Shown: positions 23,435 through 29,810 of the stretch, piece after piece
Layout: every line of letters starts with the position of its first letter
Numbering within the stretch: position 1 is the stretch's first letter
IMG/VR virus record: IMGVR_UViG_3300029130_000028
Span: 1 to 33,908 of that record
Source: a virus
Reading direction: 5' to 3' (one strand)
Length of the DNA: 33,908 bases
Made by a program: the position numbers and the translations under genes
The notes under the pieces: model-generated
Told to the model about the DNA's origin: nothing
Database searches by the model: none
What the model saw: only the letters and a program-made list of their open reading frames with translations

Positions 23435-23895
23435 GCGTCCACCTCAAAGGCAAAGCCGCACTTAGGACAGTGCAGCAGCTGACGGTTGCCGCCATCGGTT
23501 GGTTCGTCATCATCCAGATCAAGCGGAGATTTATCCGGCAAACCCCACTCGAAATCAAACGCCGACAGATCCAGCTCCGGCAGCTCGGCGGCCAGCAGGT
23601 CGAGATCCCACGGACTCTCGTTGGTCTTGTTGTCCACAAGACGCAGGGCGTTCACCTGCTCCGGCGTCAGATCATCGACGCAGACGCAGGGCACCTCGAC
23701 CATGCCCAGCTTCTCCGCCGCCAGGGCGCGGCAATGACCAATGACGATTACGCCGTCCCGGTCTACAACGACCGGCTGCACAAAGCCGTACTGCCGGATA
23801 CTCTCTGCCACATTAGCTACCTGCGCGGCGTCATGCCTCTTGGCGTTGGCGCGATACGGCGTCAGCTCCACCAGCGGCCTGTTCTCGATTCGCAT
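23431..23895 (-). CDS. ParB-like nuclease N-domain (ParBc/Srx fold) protein with a C-terminal zinc ribbon (154 aa)
   Basis: The ATG at 23895 has the RBS AGGAGGTGA. The translation is LTPYRANAKRHD...IRQYGFVQPVVVDRDGVIVIGHCRALAA...DDLTPEQVNALRLVDNK, ending in HCPKCGFAF. The track start at 23925 is a GTG inside the palindrome. Confidence 0.8.
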   Translation of the reverse strand: MRIENRPLVELTPYRANAKRHDAAQVANVAESIRQYGFVQPVVVDRDGVIVIGHCRALAAEKLGMVEVPCVCVDDLTPEQVNALRLVDNKTNESPWDLDLLAAELPELDLSAFDFEWGLPDKSPLDLDDDEPTDGGNRQLLHCPKCGFAFEVDA

Positions 23896-23908
23896 AAAGT
23901 CACCTCCT

Positions 23909-23925
23909 GTGCCCGATTCGGGCAC
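23909..23925. repeat. Palindrome copy 4, one nt upstream of the SD of the ParB-N gene
   Basis: This is an exact copy of the 17-mer GTGCCCGATTCGGGCAC. Confidence 0.9.
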
Positions 23926-24235
23926 CGCGCCCGCCTCAGGCCAGCCAGCCTACGTCAATACCCCGCGCATCCAGCGCAGGCTTTCGGCTGACCAGCCTGA
24001 GGCATTCTTCTGCGGCTTTGCGGGACGGGCGGACGAGCCGCCCGAACCGAGGAAAAAGGAGAAGAGTACTTTCGGAGCTGCCCGCCCCGCAAAACCGCAG
24101 CTTTTCTGAAATTGCCCGGCGATTCTCGCGCCCACGCGCAGCGCGGCACCGCGCAGACGCGGAAATCGCTGGAATGTCTTGGACCCCCGCGAGTAGCAAC
24201 AAGGACGCGAGGGGCGTTTTTTCGAGGGGGGGGCA

Positions 24236-24583
24236 TCAATCCCACCGCTCCGGCGTCAGAGGCGGCGCAGACGGCGCGTATTGCCGCTGGCTATCCGGAT
24301 GCAGCTCCTCATGACAACGCTTGCAGACGGCCTCCAGCTGTCGGCAATCGCCATCGTAGACGGACAGCGCCAGGTCGGGACGATCGCGCAGATGCCTGAC
24401 GTGATGGACGATACTGGCCTTGGAGTACACGCCGCGCCGCTTGCATTCCTGGCACTCGCAGTTATCAACCGTGAGCACCTCCCGGCGCAGCCGCCGCCAC
24501 TCTGGCCAGGAGTAGAACTCATGCTCCGACCCCGCCTCGAGAAGCCCGCGCAGTTCCGCGAGCCTGCTTGCTGAAATTCCCAT
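24236..24583 (-). CDS. HNH endonuclease (packaging-associated type)
   Basis: The ATG at 24583 has the RBS GGGAGGGG. The translation contains CECQECKRRG....IVHHVRHLRDRPDLAL......LEAVCKRCHEELH. Confidence 0.85.
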   Translation of the reverse strand: MGISASRLAELRGLLEAGSEHEFYSWPEWRRLRREVLTVDNCECQECKRRGVYSKASIVHHVRHLRDRPDLALSVYDGDCRQLEAVCKRCHEELHPDSQRQYAPSAPPLTPERWD

Positions 24584-24646
24584 GCGCCCCTCCCGTCTTC
24601 GTCTCCGGCGTTCCGGCTCGCGGCTATCACCTCGCGGCAAAACAAA

Positions 24647-24705
24647 AACGCCGGAGACCATGACGCAGCACCAACGTGTGGTGTCTAATCATGGGCTCCG
24701 GCGTT
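24647..24705 (-). terminator. Long composite hairpin plus U tract at the early/late boundary
   Basis: On the minus strand, AACGCCGGAG pairs with CTCCGGCGTT. Inner stems are CCATGA/TCATGG and CACCA/TGGTG. TTTGTTTTG (24646-24638) follows. The 5' arm overlaps the end of the 24685-24894 ORF. Confidence 0.55.
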
Positions 24706-24894
24706 CAACGCTCCGGCCTCTTGCTCGATATGCAGGATGATCTCCGTTTTACAGTCCCGGCAGTACACAGGCAGCTCCGTGGCGGATGTGCCGGGCAGCA
24801 CCCGCAGGAAGTGTCGATTGCGGTTGCACCTGGGACAGGTCAACCACCCATCGTTCCTTGGGGATATTGTACCGTATTCGGATGTGATACGCAA
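24685..24894 (-). CDS. Cysteine-rich KTR-type small protein (69 aa)
   Basis: The pattern is CPRCNRN...LRVLPGTSATELPVYCRDCKTE. The start is TTG, preceded by AAAGGAGG. Confidence 0.65.
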   Translation of the reverse strand: MRITSEYGTISPRNDGWLTCPRCNRNRHFLRVLPGTSATELPVYCRDCKTEIILHIEQEAGALNAGAHD

Positions 24895-24950
24895 GGGGTT
24901 TTCCTCCTTTTCGTGATTTATTCAACTATATCACAAGTTACATTTACTAT

Positions 24951-25739
24951 TTAGTACATACCGAAACCGCCTTGATGCGGCATACGCTTCCCGTCTATCA
25001 CAGTCGGATGGAGAGGATCCTGCTCAATGTACCAGCCATACTGGTAGTGGCCAAACCCATTATCCACCGTATACCGGCCGCACACCCGGCAATCGTCCGG
25101 AATCTCAATGCTCCCCGAATCAGATCGGAAGTATTCAGGCGGCGGCAACTGCCGCGCAAGGCTGCGCGACGCCACCCACGTCCTGGCATCGATTGGAATG
25201 ACAATGCCGTCGCTGCGCTCCTTGCAGTAGTATCTGGCAGTGCGCCGATAGCTGTCAAATGTGCCCAGCAGCAGGGGCTGCGACGAGATGATATACCCCT
25301 GCCTCCAGAGATCTTCCATGATCATGGGAGGGAAGTCGTTATATCGCACCGTGAGATGCATGTGGTAACGATGGTCCCCATGGCGCCCCTCGATGAGGTA
25401 GACATAGTCAGGCGTCACGCCGTCATGCCACTTCTTCATCTGGTAAAGCAATCGGCGCCAGCACAATCGAACATCTGCAAAACTGGGCGGAAGATGCACC
25501 TCGTCAAAGGTCAGCGTGTAGCTCCACCCATCAAAGCCGAAAAGCGCCAGCAATAGCTCCAGGCGATCCATGCGCGTCCGGCAGACGCCGGAGTCCCGCG
25601 GCGGGCGGAGAATTTTATTTTTCTCCGCCCACTCATACGGGCTGTCGTACTGACTGAGCCGCGGACGTATGGCGCGCTGCTCCTTCACCAGCGGGCCGGC
25701 GCGCTGCCGCACGCAGATCCAGCGCCCTTCACCGGCCAT
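24951..25739 (-). CDS. HUH-type rolling-circle replication initiator-like protein (262 aa)
   Basis: Three motifs occur in the canonical order. Motif I-like is WSYTLTFDE. Motif II is HRYHMHLTV (HUH). Motif III-like is ARYYCKE (YxxK). The ATG at 25739 has the RBS GGAGG. Confidence 0.6.
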   Translation of the reverse strand: MAGEGRWICVRQRAGPLVKEQRAIRPRLSQYDSPYEWAEKNKILRPPRDSGVCRTRMDRLELLLALFGFDGWSYTLTFDEVHLPPSFADVRLCWRRLLYQMKKWHDGVTPDYVYLIEGRHGDHRYHMHLTVRYNDFPPMIMEDLWRQGYIISSQPLLLGTFDSYRRTARYYCKERSDGIVIPIDARTWVASRSLARQLPPPEYFRSDSGSIEIPDDCRVCGRYTVDNGFGHYQYGWYIEQDPLHPTVIDGKRMPHQGGFGMY

Positions 25740-25929
25740 CTCGAGCCTCCACACAAACCGTTTGCAAGCCGTCAGCCACGACACATTGCGCCGCGCTAAT
25801 CGTCCCCGCCACAGCATCCATCACGACCACCGCCGCGGATATGGCTCCGTAGACCTTAGGCGGGACGCACGCAGCAGACTCATCCAGATACGCCCTCAGG
25901 ACTTCGGCCGACTCCACGATGCCCATCAT
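25729..25929 (-). CDS. Hypothetical small protein (66 aa)
   Basis: There is an ATGA overlap with the upstream stop, and the RBS is GGAGGTGGAG. The translation begins MMGIVESAEVLRAYLDESAAC. Confidence 0.45.
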   Translation of the reverse strand: MMGIVESAEVLRAYLDESAACVPPKVYGAISAAVVVMDAVAGTISAAQCVVADGLQTVCVEARDGR

Positions 25930-26195
25930 ATCAACTCCACCTCCACGTTGTATTCTTTCAGCATGCGCCGCACGCCGGCCCAGGTGACGTACCCCTCCGC
26001 CACGCACTCGGCGGCGTGGTTCAGCTCCGCGGCCAACTGCTGCACGTCCTCCATCGGCGCGTCGTGCTTGTCGATCAGCACATACAGCATCAGCTCGATG
26101 CCGCGATTCAGACCCTCGGCGACGCCCTTCGTGTAGGCGGCCGCCACGTCAGCCTCTGTCCGAGGTACCCGCCGCGGATTCACCTTAGCGCTCAT
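25926..26195 (-). CDS. Hypothetical early protein (89 aa)
   Basis: The ATG at 26195 has the RBS GGAG. The translation begins MSAKVNPRRVPRTEADVAAAYTKGVAEG. Confidence 0.55.
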   Translation of the reverse strand: MSAKVNPRRVPRTEADVAAAYTKGVAEGLNRGIELMLYVLIDKHDAPMEDVQQLAAELNHAAECVAEGYVTWAGVRRMLKEYNVEVELI

Positions 26196-26382
26196 CACGG
26201 TACTCCATGACGCTGCTGGGCCTGCCCTCTGCCAGCGTCCGCTCCAGCCATGCGATCATCTCCCGCAGGATGGCGCAACCATGGATGCCGCAGTTATGTT
26301 CATAGCCGCAGCCCACGCACACCAGGCTCCCGGTCTCCACCTTCAGCCGCCGCAGCGCGGCGATCAATTCGCGGTCACTCAT
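26185..26382 (-). CDS. Hypothetical Cys-rich small protein (65 aa)
   Basis: The translation contains LVCVGCGYEHNCGIHGC. The RBS is GAGGTG. Confidence 0.5.
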   Translation of the reverse strand: MSDRELIAALRRLKVETGSLVCVGCGYEHNCGIHGCAILREMIAWLERTLAEGRPSSVMEYRDER

Positions 26383-26578
26383 TGTAAAGCACCTCGTTCA
26401 CGCGGCGGCACCCCGAAACGGATCGAGACTTGCCGTCGGCGCCTCTCACCATGTCGACGATTCCCCAATATGGACACCGCTTTCCGTAACAGCCCGCAAA
26501 CGCCGGCACGCGTCCGCCGTCATCACTCACCAGAGTAGACGGGAGCCATGGACAGACCAGGTCGCTCTTCTCTATCAC
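26375..26578 (-). CDS. Hypothetical small protein (67 aa)
   Basis: A GTG start overlaps the upstream stop. No family was recognised. Confidence 0.4.
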   Translation of the reverse strand: MIEKSDLVCPWLPSTLVSDDGGRVPAFAGCYGKRCPYWGIVDMVRGADGKSRSVSGCRRVNEVLYNE

Positions 26579-27099
26579 GTCACTTCCCCCTTCCTCATCG
26601 CCTCCAGCGCTTTCCTCGCCTCCTCGCGTGTCAGGAAAACCGTCTTGCCGATGTCGGCTTGTTCGAAGATTATCTGGTCGGAAAGCGTCGTGTAGACCAC
26701 ATTCACCTTCCCACTTTCCGACATCCCGACAACAGCTTCATAAAGGGCATCTTCATAGATGTCTCCGTCCTCGATTATGTACAACATGCTTGAAAGAATC
26801 GGCGTAAGTACTGGCTTTACTGGCAGCGCCACCACGCGCTCGTCCTTGTCTGCTTCTGCCAGCTCCCGCAGGCGGGTATAGCCGCAAAGACTTTCCAAAT
26901 CAGCAAGCCGCATGAGCTTCATCGCGATCTCGTCCGCCTTATCCTTCGGCAAAACTTCCTCCGGCGCACACCCGCTGTCCTCGTAGGCGGCGAGGCGTTC
27001 TTGAAGTATGCAAATCCACTCGTCCGTCGTGTATTTTTCTTCGCATTCCGTTGCCATGAGAACTTCTCCCGTCTTAAGCCGGTACGTCAGTCGTTCCAT
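26575..27099 (-). CDS. Hypothetical early protein (174 aa)
   Basis: The ATG at 27099 overlaps the upstream TGA. The translation is MERLTYRLKTGEV...RLAAYEDSGCAPEE...DIGKTVFLTREEARKALE, a pattern common in Clostridia phages of unknown function. Confidence 0.6.
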   Translation of the reverse strand: MERLTYRLKTGEVLMATECEEKYTTDEWICILQERLAAYEDSGCAPEEVLPKDKADEIAMKLMRLADLESLCGYTRLRELAEADKDERVVALPVKPVLTPILSSMLYIIEDGDIYEDALYEAVVGMSESGKVNVVYTTLSDQIIFEQADIGKTVFLTREEARKALEAMRKGEVT

Positions 27100-27494
27100 C
27101 ACTCCACCTCCGGCGCCGCTGGCAGCGGCATCCAATGAGTGACCGCGACATCGTCTCTATCCCCAATGCCGATATGGACACACCATTCCACCCTTTCGGG
27201 AGCGCACCAGCCCATATAGACGCCCCATCTTTCGTGCCAATACGCGACAACGAGGACATTGCTACGATCTTCCGGCAGTCGCTCTGTAACGGGGATCCAC
27301 CGCTGCCGCCCCCGCAGCACCGCGATCTCCTCGGCGTACCGGGCGCAGCGGTCCACCAGCTCCTCCAGCCGGTCGGCGGCGTCCTCCATGATGCGGTCCA
27401 AGCAATCAGCGTTACCGCACTCGTGACCGCAGGTCGAACATTCGCCACGCAAACACGTCCTCAGATCAGCCACCAGATCACTTGTCTTTACCAT
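27099..27494 (-). CDS. DUF551-like protein with an N-terminal Cys-rich module
   Basis: The N-terminus is CLRGECSTCGHECGNADC. The C-terminus is RWIPVTERLPE...VLVVAYW...VTHWMPLPAAPE. Confidence 0.6.
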   Translation of the reverse strand: MVKTSDLVADLRTCLRGECSTCGHECGNADCLDRIMEDAADRLEELVDRCARYAEEIAVLRGRQRWIPVTERLPEDRSNVLVVAYWHERWGVYMGWCAPERVEWCVHIGIGDRDDVAVTHWMPLPAAPEVE

Positions 27495-27963
27495 CCGTAT
27501 CCGCTCCCTTCTCCCGCTCCATCTTGTCCAACGCGGCGGCCACCTCCCGCCAGATTGCCACCGGGAAGCGTTCCCGGTTCAGCATCCGCGCCAGCAGCTC
27601 CGCGCTAATCACCTTTTCATCCACCTTGCCGCAGGCCGCTGCCAGCGGCGCCAGACTGTTCAGGCCATCCTTCTGCCGGTAGGCCGTCAGGCGCTCCAGC
27701 GTGTCGCGCTTCAGCTGCGCCGCCTCCGAGGCCGGAGAGCCGGCCGCCGGGGCATCTTCCGGCTGCGGCTTCCGTGCAGCCGGGGCGTGGGCGGCAACAG
27801 AGGACACCTCCGGCAGCTCCTCCGCAGCCGCCAAGGCGCGGCGGGCCAGCACCAGCATTTCGATCTTCTCAAAGCTGCCTGCGCCCATGCCGTTATTCAG
27901 GATGCCTCGCAGGTAGTTCGCCAGCTCGGCGCACTGCGCCCTAGTCAGGTCAACTCTCGTCAT
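27478..27963 (-). CDS. Hypothetical early protein (161 aa)
   Basis: The ATG at 27963 follows GAGGGGGG. No family was recognised. Confidence 0.5.
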   Translation of the reverse strand: MTRVDLTRAQCAELANYLRGILNNGMGAGSFEKIEMLVLARRALAAAEELPEVSSVAAHAPAARKPQPEDAPAAGSPASEAAQLKRDTLERLTAYRQKDGLNSLAPLAAACGKVDEKVISAELLARMLNRERFPVAIWREVAAALDKMEREKGADTDGKDK

Positions 27964-28261
27964 GCTGCCGCCCCCCCTCAGGATGGTTTTCACCTCCAAA
28001 GAGATCTTTAGCCTGCTTTAAAAGCTCTTTGCCTTCGGAGCGGATCACCACGCGCTCCGAGCTGGGAGGCGGAGACTGCCACATGGGAGAATCCTTGTGG
28101 CTGACGGCCAGCAACACGCACTCCTTGAACAGCGGGCGTATTTCGACTGGGATCTCAAAGTAGATCGCGCGGATCACCTCACAGCAATCCGCCGCGACTT
28201 GCGGGGCGTTCCCGGACGCGCTCACGACAGTCTTCTTGTCATCTCGCACACAGTTAATCAT
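27950..28261 (-). CDS. Hypothetical early protein (103 aa)
   Basis: The ATG at 28261 overlaps the parB stop by 8 nt. Confidence 0.5.
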   Translation of the reverse strand: MINCVRDDKKTVVSASGNAPQVAADCCEVIRAIYFEIPVEIRPLFKECVLLAVSHKDSPMWQSPPPSSERVVIRSEGKELLKQAKDLFGGENHPEGGRQHDES

Positions 28262-29810
28262 CGTTCTCGTCCTCCTTTTCCACCTCCGGCAGCGCCAGCC
28301 ACCGGACGACACGCACCTCGATTTTGTCTCCGCTTTTCCCAAACTGGAATGCCTCACCATCCCACCGGCAGAGCGAGCGGGATGTCAGCTTGCCGTCGCC
28401 GCTCAGATCGAACTCCGCCACCACGTCACACGGCTCTGCCGGCGTCGTGCCGCCCGGCATCCATGCGGCAAGCGCCATCTGACTGGCGCAGACCCGCGGG
28501 ACGGCGGCCACTTCGTCCGCCATACGCGGCTCGCTGGTGCGCAGCATCAGGTAATCCACGCTGCAGCCCAGCGTATCCGCCGCAGCCACCCATCGATTGA
28601 TGTCCGACAGATAGACGTTATAGCCATAGGGCAGCTCCGTGCGCGCGTCGATCTTCCGCCCCGCCTCGTGATCCGCTGCGTCATGCGCCGGGCGGCCATA
28701 GGGGCAGTCAATCTTTTCAAAATACTGCCTCGGCGTCAGGCCTGCCCGCTCGCGCAGAGAGCCGAACCGCTGCCAGATGGCACCGACTCGCTCGACGTTG
28801 GGACGTTCCTTCGCTTCTTTCTCCGCTGCCTCTCGCTGCCGCTCAGCCTTGGCGGCGGCCTTCAGCTCCTTCTGCTTGCCGATCAAATTCGGACACACAT
28901 CTTTGCAGCTTTGCAACGAGTTACACTTCGCGCAGCAACCATATTCACACCCACAATCCGTCCAGCGGCTGTTGATCTTCACCCTGACAACGTGCGCGAC
29001 CTGCGCATCCTTGTGCGAGCACGCCACGCCATCGGGACACAACGGCTTCGAAGCGTTGATTTTGTGCATGGCCTTCGTGACGGACTCCACTGTTCCGGCA
29101 TAAAGATACTTAAGACCATTTCTGTCCTGCTCCTGGCAACGGTACGCATCAACTACCTGACGCTGCACGTCCACCGGAAGACGGGCGAGAGTATAGGCCG
29201 CATCCTCGCTCAAACTCTTACTCTGGGGGCCGTCCCAGTAGGCCTTCCGGATGTCCGGAGCCAAGCCCTTCCGGATAACATCCAGCCGCGCCAGCTTGCT
29301 CTTGCTGATTTTACAGGCCTCGGCCACATGATCTCTCATCCGGCCGGGAAACTCATAGCCTTCCTCCTTCAGCTGGTATAACAGATCGCGGACCTTTTCC
29401 ACCTGCTGGGAGATCTCGGAGGAGCTCAGCGCACGGGTGCTGCTGTTGGCGTAGATCAGGCGCAGCTCCCGCAGTGCCGGGGACGCATCACCTTTTTCGC
29501 GAATACAGGGCACCTCGCGGAGATCTGTCCGCCCGTCCTCCACCAGCTTGCGGATAGCCGCCACGCGGCGGTGGCCGGAGACGATCACCGCGTGACCGTT
29601 CTCGCCGTCCCGCACCCGGATGGGCTGCTGGAGGCCGATGGTAGCGATGTTGTCCGCCAGACTATCCAAATCGCGGAGCGCATAGAAGTTTCCCGGGTCA
29701 CTGTCCAGCAGATCCAGATCGATGTACTCGATCTGCTCCCGCCCTGTGCCCGACTCGGACACCGGCTGCGCCAGCGTCTTGGCAAACTCGCCCATGTCAA
29801 ACTTCGCCAC
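28254..29810 (-). CDS. parB: ParB/Spo0J-family partition protein with a long multi-domain C-terminal extension (518 aa)
   Basis: The N-terminal part reads IEYIDLDLLDSDPGNFY...IATIGLQQPIRVRD...VIVSGHRRVAAIRKL. It is followed by a Cys-rich segment, an XRE-like LGCSVDYLMLRT motif and a W..LPE tail. The gene lies directly downstream of parA. Confidence 0.8.
   Translation of the reverse strand: MAKFDMGEFAKTLAQPVSESGTGREQIEYIDLDLLDSDPGNFYALRDLDSLADNIATIGLQQPIRVRDGENGHAVIVSGHRRVAAIRKLVEDGRTDLREVPCIREKGDASPALRELRLIYANSSTRALSSSEISQQVEKVRDLLYQLKEEGYEFPGRMRDHVAEACKISKSKLARLDVIRKGLAPDIRKAYWDGPQSKSLSEDAAYTLARLPVDVQRQVVDAYRCQEQDRNGLKYLYAGTVESVTKAMHKINASKPLCPDGVACSHKDAQVAHVVRVKINSRWTDCGCEYGCCAKCNSLQSCKDVCPNLIGKQKELKAAAKAERQREAAEKEAKERPNVERVGAIWQRFGSLRERAGLTPRQYFEKIDCPYGRPAHDAADHEAGRKIDARTELPYGYNVYLSDINRWVAAADTLGCSVDYLMLRTSEPRMADEVAAVPRVCASQMALAAWMPGGTTPAEPCDVVAEFDLSGDGKLTSRSLCRWDGEAFQFGKSGDKIEVRVVRWLALPEVEKEDENDD

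Noticed and set aside
2115-23925. Track ORFs beginning MPESGT or MPDSGT (1712..2131, 2115..2339, 2241..2771, 2755.., 23431..23925, and 11032.. with MPESST)
   Set aside because: These N-termini arise because the 17-nt palindrome starts with GTG on both strands. They are not real starts. True starts with an RBS lie downstream (int at 2800, the ParB-N gene at 23895), or the ORFs are antisense shadows.
24912-24940. A possible promoter (TGaTATAGT extended -10 at 24933-24925, minus strand) for the KTR ORF, or a Rep nick site in the AT-rich gap
   Set aside because: The -35 region is poor (TAAATA) and no nick-site consensus can be recognised. The observation is folded into the Rep finding as a place to test, rather than called as a feature.
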